31,976 nucleotides of DNA from a virus. How positions within the stretch are numbered: the first letter of the stretch is position 1; each line of letters opens with the position of its first letter. Positions 1 through 8,715 of this stretch are shown piece after piece. The translations under genes and the position numbers were made by a program. The stretch spans positions 1 to 31,976 of the IMG/VR virus record IMGVR_UViG_3300012346_000177; one strand, 5' to 3'. The notes beneath the pieces are model-generated. The model saw only the letters and a program-made list of their open reading frames with translations. It ran no database searches and was not told where the DNA came from.

Positions 1-55
1 ATTTAAAACAAACAACTATGAAACTAACTGCTATGCAAGACTTAATTGATGATTT
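1..55. repeat. Terminal direct repeat copy 1 (assembly overlap of a circular or circularly permuted genome)
   Basis: Bases 1-55 (atttaaaacaaacaactatgaaactaactgc...gatgattt) are repeated verbatim at 31922..31976, giving a unit length of 31,921 bp. Confidence 0.9.
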
Positions 56-248
56 GGATAGATATTTAAAATTAGATATTTCACCATTAGCGTTAAATAT
101 GATTCAATTAATAAAAGAACGCGCTGAATCAAAACTTTTAATGGAAAGAAAGCAAATTGAAACTACTTACAACAACGCTAAAAACTATCCTGACCCAAAT
201 TGTGACGGTGGTAAATATTATTTTATGAATTATATTAGTAACGATTAA
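18..248 (+). CDS. hypothetical early protein (76 aa)
   Basis: ATG ORF in the + strand gene train. Its 5' end is duplicated at 31939..31976. No recognisable motif. Confidence 0.6.
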   Translation: MKLTAMQDLIDDLDRYLKLDISPLALNMIQLIKERAESKLLMERKQIETTYNNAKNYPDPNCDGGKYYFMNYISND

Positions 249-258
249 AACATTTAAT

Positions 259-426
259 ATGGCATATTCAACTTGTTGTGGCGCACACACTAATTATACG
301 GAATACGATATTTGCCCGGAATGTCGTGACCATTGCGATTGGGAAGACGAAGAAGACATTGAAGAACGTGAAGCTGAAGAAGCTGCACAAAATAAAATTG
401 AACAGGATAAAATAAACCGAATTTAA
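259..426 (+). CDS. small Cys-rich (zinc-ribbon-like) acidic protein, 55 aa
   Basis: Hand-translated ATG ORF below the track's 60-aa cut-off: MAYSTCCGAHTNYTEYDICPECRDHCDWEDEEDIEEREAEEAAQNKIEQDKINRI. It has CC..CPEC..C cysteines and fills the gap otherwise covered only by a minus-strand shadow ORF. Confidence 0.55.
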   Translation: MAYSTCCGAHTNYTEYDICPECRDHCDWEDEEDIEEREAEEAAQNKIEQDKINRI

Positions 427-432
427 ACTTAC

Positions 433-498
433 GCCGCCTGAAGGAATTTTAATATTTAATAACAAATAGTAATTCGGGGAACTTTGGGCGGCTTTTTT
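433..498 (+). terminator. possible terminator: GC clamp (gccgcc/ggcggc) around an AT-rich ~48-nt loop, followed by T6
   Basis: gccgcc 433..438 pairs with ggcggc 487..492; tttttt 493..498. The loop is unusually long for an intrinsic terminator. Confidence 0.35.
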
Positions 499-510
499 AA
501 AACAAACTTT

Positions 511-687
511 ATGTCAAAGAATCAATATTTAATGGGTCAGGAATATTTGCTTCGCCTTGAAAACGAATGCTTAATTGAAAGGATTGCGAAATTGGAAAAA
601 GAATTAGGGTTGAAGGAAAAGGAAATTAAAGATTTAAGAATTCAAATAAAAATGGTTAATTTAGCAATGGCAGACGTTAACCAATAA
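511..687 (+). CDS. hypothetical coiled-coil protein (58 aa)
   Basis: ATG at 511 is in frame with the track ORF 484..687, whose 'M' is a TTG lying inside the hairpin/T-tract. Heptad-like LLRLENECLIERIAKLEKELGLKEKEIKDL. Confidence 0.55.
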   Translation: MSKNQYLMGQEYLLRLENECLIERIAKLEKELGLKEKEIKDLRIQIKMVNLAMADVNQ

Positions 688-691
688 CATT

Positions 692-753
692 GTCCCCGTC
701 CAATTCAACAATCAATTATTAACAGGGGTGTTAGTTATGTCGCGGGCGGGGAT
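692..753 (+). other. nested stem-loop in the intergenic gap (10-bp GC-rich outer stem, 5-bp inner hairpin)
   Basis: gtccccgtcc 692..701 pairs with gggcggggat 744..753 (two G-U pairs). Inner taaca-gggg-tgtta at 720..733. No T tract follows. Confidence 0.3.
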
Positions 754-770
754 ATTTAAAAGCTTATACA

Positions 771-1130
771 ATGATTAAAAACTTTGAAGAAATTACCTGC
801 GAATTAACGCCGGACGAAAAAAGGTTAGTACCTGTAATTATCAGGGGGTTAAACCTGAAAAGCAAAGCCAACCCAATTAAAGGTGCGGAAATAGTCGCAG
901 CCATTAACGGTCAAAAAGAAAAGTACGGAATTAAACAATTTTCTGAACCGCGTTTGCGTAAAATTGTTAACTTTATAAGGTCAGAAGGAATATTGCCGGT
1001 TATTGGAACGTCAAACGGTTATTACATATCATACGACGCAGACGAACTAAATGGGCAAATTGAAAGCTTAACACAACGCGCCGACGCGATTATGTCAAGT
1101 GCAAACGGATTAAAAAAATGGATATTATGA
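771..1130 (+). CDS. hypothetical protein, possible winged-helix DNA-binding protein
   Basis: 119-aa ATG ORF. RLRKIVNFIRSEGILPVIGTSNGYYISYDADEL looks like a recognition helix plus wing. Family not identified. Confidence 0.6.
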   Translation: MIKNFEEITCELTPDEKRLVPVIIRGLNLKSKANPIKGAEIVAAINGQKEKYGIKQFSEPRLRKIVNFIRSEGILPVIGTSNGYYISYDADELNGQIESLTQRADAIMSSANGLKKWIL

Positions 1131-1438
1131 GAAATTCAATATTTGGTTTTTTTGCAAAGAAAAATACAGGAGTTCCAAAAATGGAAAATATGCCTGAACC
1201 TAAACTTGATATGGGAAGACGTGGTTGGGAAGAAGACATTTATGACCCAATGACAATAAAAGATTCAGTTGAAATTAGTTTAAGGAATACAAAATGGAAT
1301 ATTGAAAGTTTGGAAAACAAAATTAAACAAACTAAAATATATTTAGATTCGTGGCAAAAATGTTTAGATTCAGAATTAAAACAATTGGAAAATTATAAAA
1401 TTCAAAAAGAAAGGTTTGAAGAATTTTTAAATAAATAA
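1118..1438 (+). CDS. hypothetical protein (coiled-coil C-terminus)
   Basis: 106-aa ORF. The alternative ATG at 1127 would give an ATGA overlap with the upstream stop. Confidence 0.6.
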   Translation: MDIMRNSIFGFFAKKNTGVPKMENMPEPKLDMGRRGWEEDIYDPMTIKDSVEISLRNTKWNIESLENKIKQTKIYLDSWQKCLDSELKQLENYKIQKERFEEFLNK

Positions 1439-1629
1439 TGGATTACTACATAGAAAACGGCTTTAAGGTATTCACAGAAGAATATCATTTAAAAAGGGGG
1501 TATTGCTGCAAAAATGGTTGTCGGCATTGTCCTTATCAGAAAAAAGACTTAAATTTGAATTATGAAATGGAACGAATTGACCCTTTGGCAGTACCAACAG
1601 TTAATGCCAATACTGACAACGCCGAATAA
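1438..1629 (+). CDS. DUF5522-like cysteine-rich small protein
   Basis: TAATG overlap with the upstream gene. Motif HLKRGYCCKNGCRHCPY matches my memory of the DUF5522 family common in Bacteroidota. Confidence 0.6.
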   Translation: MDYYIENGFKVFTEEYHLKRGYCCKNGCRHCPYQKKDLNLNYEMERIDPLAVPTVNANTDNAE

Positions 1630-2236
1630 GGATTGGACAGAATTGGACAAAGAAGTTAAATTGTTATGCGTTATTACCGGATTGACGGAATACCAAATTG
1701 ACAGTTTAAGCATTGAAGACTTAAAAGAACTTCGCAAAGATTTGGCGTTTTTAGACGAACCAATTGAAGGGAAGCCTGTTGACTATATTACAACCAATGG
1801 TAAAAGATACCGAATAAACTACGATATTAAGAATATGCCGGCGGCGCGTTACATTGAAAGTAAGGTTTTCAGTAAGGAAACTTTGGCGAACCTTCATAAA
1901 ATAGCGGCTTCAATGGTAATACCGCAGAAGAAAAATTGGTTTGGGAAATGGGTTGACGATAAATACGACGCAAGCAAGCACGAAGAATATTCGCAGGATA
2001 TGCAGGAAGCGAATTTTATACACGTTTATCATTCGTTGGTTTTTTTTTATCAAGTTTACAGAAATTGGATAGAAGTTTCGCGGGATTATATGAGGGCGGA
2101 AATGACGACGGCGGGAATGACGACGGAGCAAGCGGATTCGGTTCTGTTGCTTTTATGCGAATCTATGGGTGGCATTATACCGCCAAACTTGTTGCCGAAC
2201 ACGAAAATATCAGAACTTCAGAAGCTTTTGAAATGA
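1562..2236 (+). CDS. hypothetical protein, possible tail assembly chaperone-like protein
   Basis: 224-aa ATG ORF. The N-terminus MKWNELTLWQYQQL resembles chaperone N-termini. It has an internal T9 tract with an open -1 frame, is the last gene before a terminator and sits directly upstream of the tail module. Confidence 0.4.
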   Translation: MKWNELTLWQYQQLMPILTTPNKDWTELDKEVKLLCVITGLTEYQIDSLSIEDLKELRKDLAFLDEPIEGKPVDYITTNGKRYRINYDIKNMPAARYIESKVFSKETLANLHKIAASMVIPQKKNWFGKWVDDKYDASKHEEYSQDMQEANFIHVYHSLVFFYQVYRNWIEVSRDYMRAEMTTAGMTTEQADSVLLLLCESMGGIIPPNLLPNTKISELQKLLK

Positions 2237-2322
2237 AGACGATTGAATTTTTGAATACAATGGCGTACCTGAAGTCAAAAAATGCTTACGACCGGGAACA
2301 GGCGAAGCGCATAAAATATTAG
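2065..2322 (+). CDS. -1-frame ORF overlapping the 3' end of 1562..2236: either a frameshift extension or an independent 29-aa ORF (ATG 2233..2322)
   Basis: The frame is open from 1963 to 2322. The T9 run at 2040..2048 sits in the overlap. ATG 2233 overlaps the upstream TGA (ATGA). The 86 nt after 2236 would otherwise be non-coding in a very compact genome. Confidence 0.35.
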   Translation: MDRSFAGLYEGGNDDGGNDDGASGFGSVAFMRIYGWHYTAKLVAEHENIRTSEAFEMKTIEFLNTMAYLKSKNAYDREQAKRIKY

Positions 2323-2353
2323 ATTTGGTTTTTATTGTAATAAGCGAAAATTA

Positions 2354-2379
2354 CCCTGTGTTTTTACACGGGGTTTTTT
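2354..2379 (+). terminator. rho-independent terminator
   Basis: ccctgtg 2354..2360 / cacgggg 2367..2373 (7 bp including one G-U), followed by T6 at 2374..2379. Confidence 0.75.
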
Positions 2380-2415
2380 ACGTGGTATTTAGAACCAATT
2401 TATCTATTTAAGGTT

Positions 2416-3144
2416 ATGAGTGAAGCCAAAGCACAGGCAAAAGCATTAAGGGAAGGTTTTTTAAAAACAATCGGTGACCAATACAACGTTATTGACCCGA
2501 CTGAATTTCCTATTGCTGAACAAATGCTTATTTTTTACGGTAAACAATTCAACGACGAAGTACAGAAGAACCTTAATAAAAGCGGTTCAATTGCTTCAGG
2601 CAAAATTGGCGATTTAGTAGTACCAAAGGTTAACAAATTTGGCAATGATTACGAAATGTGGTTAGGTTACGATAAGGATAACCCGGCTTCAGTTTATTAT
2701 AAATACATAAACAAAGGGATTAGGGGTGTTGGCGGAACAAATGCAAGACCAAAAAAAGTTTCTTCAGATTCCCCTTATCAATATAAGACACCATACCCAA
2801 ATAAAAAAATGGCAACGTCAATTTTGCAATGGTACAGATTAGGGAAGGCAAAGACGACAAGCGAAACACAGACAAAGAAGTTAAGCGCGACACAAAGGAA
2901 AAGCAAAAAGCTTAAACAGGCAGTAAATAAAGCGCCTTCATTAAAAACATTGGCTTACGCGACCGCTTCAGCAATAAAAAGGGACGGTTTACGTACGACT
3001 TCGTATTTTGACAACGCAGTTAAAGCGGTTTTTAATAAAGAATTCTTTACAACAATGGCAGAAGCTTTTGGCGGCGACGTTCAATTACAAATTAGACAAA
3101 TTGGCAATAAAATAGAATCAAGTAATGGCAATAACAATAAATAG
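2416..3144 (+). CDS. virion structural protein (function unassigned)
   Basis: 242-aa ORF, first gene after the terminator and co-oriented and overlapping with the following large structural ORFs. Confidence 0.55.
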   Translation: MSEAKAQAKALREGFLKTIGDQYNVIDPTEFPIAEQMLIFYGKQFNDEVQKNLNKSGSIASGKIGDLVVPKVNKFGNDYEMWLGYDKDNPASVYYKYINKGIRGVGGTNARPKKVSSDSPYQYKTPYPNKKMATSILQWYRLGKAKTTSETQTKKLSATQRKSKKLKQAVNKAPSLKTLAYATASAIKRDGLRTTSYFDNAVKAVFNKEFFTTMAEAFGGDVQLQIRQIGNKIESSNGNNNK

Positions 3145-4339
3145 TCAACCGGCTACGTTTCCGAGTATGCACGAAGACCTTTGGTTTGTGGCTTCTTCAA
3201 CAAATGTTGGGGTGACAAACTTTAAATTCGTATATGATATTTACATAAATGGCGCACAGGTTAGCCGAAATAAGGTATTCCCTTCGCCGTCGGCTGAAGG
3301 AAGTTACGGCGTATTTAATGCGTCGCCAATGGTGCGCGCATACGTTACAAATTATTTTGAACCTTCAGGAAGTACGGTTTTAATGGCTTCAAACGACAAA
3401 ATAAAGGTTGATTATCAGGTTCGTATTGGCGAAGAAGTAAGCGGTGCGGTTATTCCTAATTTGGCTTCAGGTTCTTATTCAGCGTACAATTATTACGCAC
3501 CTTTATTTAGCGACATATTTACGGAAAACGGCGAAGTACCTTTGGTATTATCTAATTACTACGATAATTTATTAATTGAGAATTACACGGACGATTGGTT
3601 AAGTGACCGAGACAATTCGGATATTACGATTGAATACGGCGACCAATTTTTTATTACATTCTTAAAGATTACCGGCGGCGCATATAAACTTTGGGTACAA
3701 CCTACAAACGAAGACGGAACGTTTGGAACTGCGGTTAGTGGTGACCTTACAATGAGCGGGCAATTTAACCTGTTCAATTTTCAGGCTGCGGCAATTAATG
3801 CGTGGGCGGGGTCAGATATAATTACACAAAATACCTACGGGTACAAAGTTTACATTACGTTAGGCGCTGCGGTTACAAGGGTATTAAATTTCAGACACGT
3901 TTGCAACCCTAAATACAGACAATATAACCTTCATTTTCTTAACAGATTGGGCGGTTATGATTCAATGGCGTTTAGATTGGTAAACAAGCGACGCAGCGAA
4001 TTTAACCGTGCTTCATATAGACGCAACCCGTACCAATTGTCAGGCGGTCAAATGAAAAATATTGATTCGTACAACAAATACAACGAAACGACGTACAACT
4101 TCGCGATTCAGCATACTGACTATTATATGTTAACAAGCGATTGGGTAAACGAACAGGATTACGCTTGGTTGGCGCAATTAATGGCGTCACCGATTGTTTA
4201 TATGGAAGTTCAAGGCGCGTATTTCCCGGTTACAATTAGAAACACGAATTACGAATACAAATACAGGGTTTCTGACGGCTTATTTAATTTTGATTTAGAA
4301 GTTGAAGTTGGTAAATATTTAAACAGTCAATACAGATAA
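3125..4339 (+). CDS. putative tail/baseplate structural protein
   Basis: 404-aa ORF, beta-rich and Asn/Tyr/Ser-rich, coupled to its neighbours in the tail module. Confidence 0.5.
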   Translation: MAITINSQPATFPSMHEDLWFVASSTNVGVTNFKFVYDIYINGAQVSRNKVFPSPSAEGSYGVFNASPMVRAYVTNYFEPSGSTVLMASNDKIKVDYQVRIGEEVSGAVIPNLASGSYSAYNYYAPLFSDIFTENGEVPLVLSNYYDNLLIENYTDDWLSDRDNSDITIEYGDQFFITFLKITGGAYKLWVQPTNEDGTFGTAVSGDLTMSGQFNLFNFQAAAINAWAGSDIITQNTYGYKVYITLGAAVTRVLNFRHVCNPKYRQYNLHFLNRLGGYDSMAFRLVNKRRSEFNRASYRRNPYQLSGGQMKNIDSYNKYNETTYNFAIQHTDYYMLTSDWVNEQDYAWLAQLMASPIVYMEVQGAYFPVTIRNTNYEYKYRVSDGLFNFDLEVEVGKYLNSQYR

Positions 4340-6399
4340 TGATTAGAACCGAAATTTATATTGAAGACAACGCAATTGACTTATTGAAGGATATTGGAAC
4401 GGATTTTACGTACACGATTGACGACGTGCGCGATTTTGGAAGCCGCAATACTTCTTTTAGCCGTACAATATCAATTCCTGCAACTGCGAAGAATAACCAA
4501 ATATTGGGTTTTGCTTTTGATTTAGGAATGGCGCACGAACATAATATGGATTTACCGAACGTTGCGACAAACTTTACGCCGTCACAGGCTGCGAAGTGCG
4601 AAGTCTATATTGATAAAATACAAATATTTAAGGGAGTTATCAGAATCCTTGAAATAGTAATGAATAAAGGTATCATTGAATACCAATGCGCGGTTTTCGG
4701 GGAATTGTCAGGTTTTATTACCGAATTGGGTAATAAGCGTTTAGAAGACCTTGACTTTAGCGAATATAACCATACTTGGAACGTGACTGCAATACAGAAC
4801 AGTTGGAATACAATTGCCGGGTCAGGTTATTATTATCCATTGATTGATTACGGTGACGTTTCAACCAATAAGGACGATTTCCACGTTTCAACATTTAGAC
4901 CGGCATTATACGTAAAGGAATATATTGAAAAAATATTTGAAGGTACTTCGTACAGTTTGAATTGCGACTTTTTTAATAGTGACTTTTTCAAAAAACTAAT
5001 TGTCCCAAACAATAGTCAGGGGATTCAGGGTACGAATGACAGATTTATTTTAGGCACGATTAATGCAACAAAAACAATATTAAACAGTAATACACCAACG
5101 GCGCGAAATGCAGATTTGTCTTTTGATAATACGACTTTACTTAATTTCACAGAAAATGCAGGAAAAAGTATTTTTACTTATACTGACGGCACAAAGACAG
5201 TTAATGCATTGGCTACAATAACAGGTATTTATCAGACTGACGCCGCTTCGTCAATTACTGCTACTTTATACGTTGCAGGTGTTGCGGTTCAGACATTGAC
5301 AGTAAATACCTTTTCAGCAAACAACCCTTTTACATTCAATATAAATTGGACGGGTGAAATTGCAAACACGAATCAGGTGCGTATTGAATTAAGCGTTCCG
5401 GTTACCGCGAATACTTATATCGTAAATGTTTCAAGTGCGAACTTTACATTTACCCAATTGGCTGCGCAGTTGACTTCAGTTGCTTACAATGGTACTGTTT
5501 CAATGAATAATAATTTGCCAAAGGGTATATTTCAAAAAGACTTCTTTTTGTCAGTTTGTAAAATGTTTAATTTGTACGTTTATCAGGATAACATAAACGA
5601 CAAACAAATAAATATTGCGCCTTATATTGACTTTTATTCGGACGCGGTTACAAATTCTTTGGATTGGTCACAAAAGATTGACACGGCTTCAACAATGTCA
5701 ATTAAACCAATGTCACAGTTAAACGCGCGTTATTATGCGTATAAATACACGCCTGATACGGATTATTACAATGATAACTATTTAAAAAAGTACGGTCAAT
5801 CATACGGCGATTTTATTTATGATTCTGAATTTGATTTTGTAAAGGATACGGCTTCAACGCAAATTATCTTTGCGCCTTCTGTATTAAAATTGCATTCAGG
5901 ACAGGACAAATACCATACAGATATTTATAAATTGTCAAATAACAATACAACTGAAGACCCTATGGATTCAGTAATTCGTATTTTAATGGCAAAGAAGTTC
6001 ACGGGTGTTTCACAATGGAAAATTGAAAACGACGGTGGAGGTACATTGGTTCAATTAACTTCATACGGTTATGCAGGACATTTGGACGACCCGACAAACC
6101 CGACTGTTGACTTAAATTTTGGCGCACCAAAGGAATTACAATTTCCTGCGTCAATTTACCCGACAAATAACTTATTCAATACGTATCATTTACCATACAT
6201 TTTAGAAATTACAGATATGGAAAGTAAATTATTGACCTGTCGCGTTTATTTAACGGCGGTTGACATTTACAATTTGGATTTCAGCAAATATATTTGGATT
6301 AATGGCGTATTGTTTAGATTGAACAGGATTGATTCATACGACCCGACAGATTACAGGACAACCCTTGTAAATTTATTAAAAGTAATAAACACTAATTAA
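4339..6399 (+). CDS. putative tail/baseplate structural protein (large)
   Basis: 686-aa ORF with TAATG coupling at both ends, adjacent to the tape-measure-like gene. Confidence 0.5.
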   Translation: MIRTEIYIEDNAIDLLKDIGTDFTYTIDDVRDFGSRNTSFSRTISIPATAKNNQILGFAFDLGMAHEHNMDLPNVATNFTPSQAAKCEVYIDKIQIFKGVIRILEIVMNKGIIEYQCAVFGELSGFITELGNKRLEDLDFSEYNHTWNVTAIQNSWNTIAGSGYYYPLIDYGDVSTNKDDFHVSTFRPALYVKEYIEKIFEGTSYSLNCDFFNSDFFKKLIVPNNSQGIQGTNDRFILGTINATKTILNSNTPTARNADLSFDNTTLLNFTENAGKSIFTYTDGTKTVNALATITGIYQTDAASSITATLYVAGVAVQTLTVNTFSANNPFTFNINWTGEIANTNQVRIELSVPVTANTYIVNVSSANFTFTQLAAQLTSVAYNGTVSMNNNLPKGIFQKDFFLSVCKMFNLYVYQDNINDKQINIAPYIDFYSDAVTNSLDWSQKIDTASTMSIKPMSQLNARYYAYKYTPDTDYYNDNYLKKYGQSYGDFIYDSEFDFVKDTASTQIIFAPSVLKLHSGQDKYHTDIYKLSNNNTTEDPMDSVIRILMAKKFTGVSQWKIENDGGGTLVQLTSYGYAGHLDDPTNPTVDLNFGAPKELQFPASIYPTNNLFNTYHLPYILEITDMESKLLTCRVYLTAVDIYNLDFSKYIWINGVLFRLNRIDSYDPTDYRTTLVNLLKVINTN

Positions 6400-8681
6400 T
6401 GGCAGAAGAAATTATTGGTATAAAGGTCACCACAGACGCCGCGCAGGCGACGCAGGACGTACAAAAATTAGACAAGGCGTTTGAAGAAACAGACAAGTCG
6501 GTTAAAAGTTTAAGAACCCAACTAAAGGAAGCACAGGCGGAAGTTGGTTTAATGGCTGACAAGTTTGGCGCGACTTCAAAAGAGGCGATTAATGCGGCTA
6601 AACGTGCGGCTGACTTAAAAGACCGTATTGGCGACGCGAAGGCGTTGACGGATGCGTTTAACCCGGATGCAAAGTTTAAGGCGGTTGCTTCTTCATTGGC
6701 AGGTGTTGCCGGCGGATTTAGTGCGCTTCAAGGTGCAATGGCTTTGTTTGGTAATGAGAATAAAGACGTTGAAAAGGCATTATTGAAGGTGAATGCTGCA
6801 ATGGCATTATCTCAAGGTTTACAGGCGGTTGGTGAAAGCGTGGATTCATTTAAACAATTAGGTGCGGTTATTAAAAGTACGACGGTATTTCAGGAATTAA
6901 ACAACGCTGCAACTAAAACCGCTGCGGTTGTACAAAAAGCATTTGGCGTTTCGGTTGAAACAACTTCATTAGGATTTAAAGTTTTAAAAGGTGCGATTAT
7001 TTCAACAGGTATTGGTGCATTAGTTGTTTTATTAGGGGAAATAATTGCTAATTTTGACGCCATTTCAGATTGGATTAAAAAAAGTCCTTTAGGTTCTTTA
7101 GCAAAAGGCGTTGGCGCATTAGTTGAACAATTTACAGACTTTATTGGGGTTACAAGTGAGGCGGAACGTAATTTAAATAAATTATCCGCTGCGAATAAAC
7201 GAGCAAACGAAGACATTGAAAACCGTATTAAAGTATTAAAGGCGCAAGGCGGTTCTGAAAAGGAAATTTACGAATTAAGCCAACAAAGGGTTAATAATGA
7301 ATTAAATACTTTACGTCAAAGCTTAAAAACAAAAGGTAAATTAACAGAAGAAGAAGCAAAGCAATTCAGGGATTTAAAGACTGAACAATTAGTTTTGACC
7401 GCTGACTATAATAAAAAGACGGCTGACGCTGCGGCAAAGGCGGCTGAAGAAGGTAAAAAGAAACGCGACGAAGCTAATAAACAAGCCATTGAAGACAAAA
7501 AGACGGCTGACAAAATGCTTTTGGATTTACAGAATGAAAAGGTATTGGCTGAAATTAAGTCTGAAGACGAAAAAGCAAAGAAACAGGCGGAAATAAATAA
7601 AAACGCACGTATTGCTGAAATTGACGCTTTACAAATTGACATAAAGACAAAGAACGAATTAAAAAAGGCAACTGAAGCGGCTTATCAATTAGAAGTAAAG
7701 GAAATTGACGATAAGATAAAAGAAAAGCGCGCTGAAAATGATAAAAAGTTTGAAGAAGAATTACAATCTACATTATCAGAAGCACGTATTGCTAAATTCA
7801 AGGAAGGCAAAGAAAAAGAAGTTGCCGCATTGGACGAAGCTTTAGTTGCTGAAACAAAAAAGGTACTTGACAACGCGGATTACACAGAAGAACAGAAGGG
7901 GTTAATGATTGCCGCATTACGTGAAAAATACGGCGCTGAAGTTGCTGAAATTGACGCTAAATATGTAAAAGAAGCTGACGACAAAGAACAGGCGCGTTTG
8001 GATTCTATTGTTAATAATGAAAACCTTTCATTTGCAGCAAGGAAACAAGGCGTTGACGACGCTTTGGCGTTAAATAAAAAGCTTTATAAAGAAGGTAAAA
8101 TTGATGCCGACGCATATAACAAAACAGAAAAGGAATTAAGCGACGCAAGGGTTGAAATTAGCAAAAAGGAAGCGGCTGCGAGGGCAGAAAATGCGCAAAA
8201 AATTAGTTCTACATTAAAGAACGCTGCAAAGGCAATTGGTGAACATACGGTTGCGGGTAAAGCTGCGGCGATTGCTGCGACGACTATTGATACATATATG
8301 TCGGCAACTGCGGCATTCAAGTCTTTAGCGGGTATTCCAATTGTCGGTCCGGTTTTGGGTGGTGTTGCTGCGGCGGCTGCAATTGCTGCGGGTTTAAAGA
8401 ACGTTAAAGCAATTTTAGCGGTTAAAGCGCCTGAAATTCCAAGCGGTTCTTCTGAACCGGGTTTTGTTGACATTCCTTCGCCTGGCGCACCTTCAACAGG
8501 TGGTGGTTCAATGCCGTCTTTAGGTGGTGGCGGAACACCGGATTTAGGTGGTGGCGGTGGTGGTGGCGCAACAGGTGGCGGTTCAGGTGGTGGCGCAGTC
8601 CGTGCATACGTTGTTGAACGCGACATTTCAGATTCTCAAAGACGTGAAGCCGAAATACAGAACAGGGCAACATTTGAATAA
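6399..8681 (+). CDS. tape measure-like protein
   Basis: 760 aa with a long K/E/A coiled-coil centre. Gly/Ala hydrophobic segments (SSLAGVAGGFSALQGAMALFG; GIPIVGPVLGGVAAAAAIAAG) and a poly-Gly tail. Confidence 0.65.
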   Translation: MAEEIIGIKVTTDAAQATQDVQKLDKAFEETDKSVKSLRTQLKEAQAEVGLMADKFGATSKEAINAAKRAADLKDRIGDAKALTDAFNPDAKFKAVASSLAGVAGGFSALQGAMALFGNENKDVEKALLKVNAAMALSQGLQAVGESVDSFKQLGAVIKSTTVFQELNNAATKTAAVVQKAFGVSVETTSLGFKVLKGAIISTGIGALVVLLGEIIANFDAISDWIKKSPLGSLAKGVGALVEQFTDFIGVTSEAERNLNKLSAANKRANEDIENRIKVLKAQGGSEKEIYELSQQRVNNELNTLRQSLKTKGKLTEEEAKQFRDLKTEQLVLTADYNKKTADAAAKAAEEGKKKRDEANKQAIEDKKTADKMLLDLQNEKVLAEIKSEDEKAKKQAEINKNARIAEIDALQIDIKTKNELKKATEAAYQLEVKEIDDKIKEKRAENDKKFEEELQSTLSEARIAKFKEGKEKEVAALDEALVAETKKVLDNADYTEEQKGLMIAALREKYGAEVAEIDAKYVKEADDKEQARLDSIVNNENLSFAARKQGVDDALALNKKLYKEGKIDADAYNKTEKELSDARVEISKKEAAARAENAQKISSTLKNAAKAIGEHTVAGKAAAIAATTIDTYMSATAAFKSLAGIPIVGPVLGGVAAAAAIAAGLKNVKAILAVKAPEIPSGSSEPGFVDIPSPGAPSTGGGSMPSLGGGGTPDLGGGGGGGATGGGSGGGAVRAYVVERDISDSQRREAEIQNRATFE

Positions 8682-8715
8682 ACGATAATTATTAAAAATT
8701 AAACTATTTAGTGTT

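Noticed and set aside
268-465. 65-aa minus-strand ORF in the gap after 18..248
   Set aside because: The same DNA encodes a cleaner + strand ATG ORF (259..426) with a Cys motif and acidic tail, in line with the gene train. The minus ORF is hydrophobic and low-complexity, typical of AT-rich antisense frames.
2098-2127. 15-bp tandem duplication ggaaatgacgacggc/gggaatgacgacgga
   Set aside because: There are only two imperfect copies inside coding sequence (AEMTTAGMTTEQ). It is not a CRISPR or VNTR-type array, and I noted it only as context for the frameshift region.
8084-8626. 180-aa minus-strand ORF rich in Pro/Ala (also 8422..8673 and 8628..8909 on the minus strand)
   Set aside because: It is the mirror image of the Gly/Ala-rich 3' end of the + strand tape-measure gene. 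There is no independent start context, and the rest of the genome is strictly + strand.
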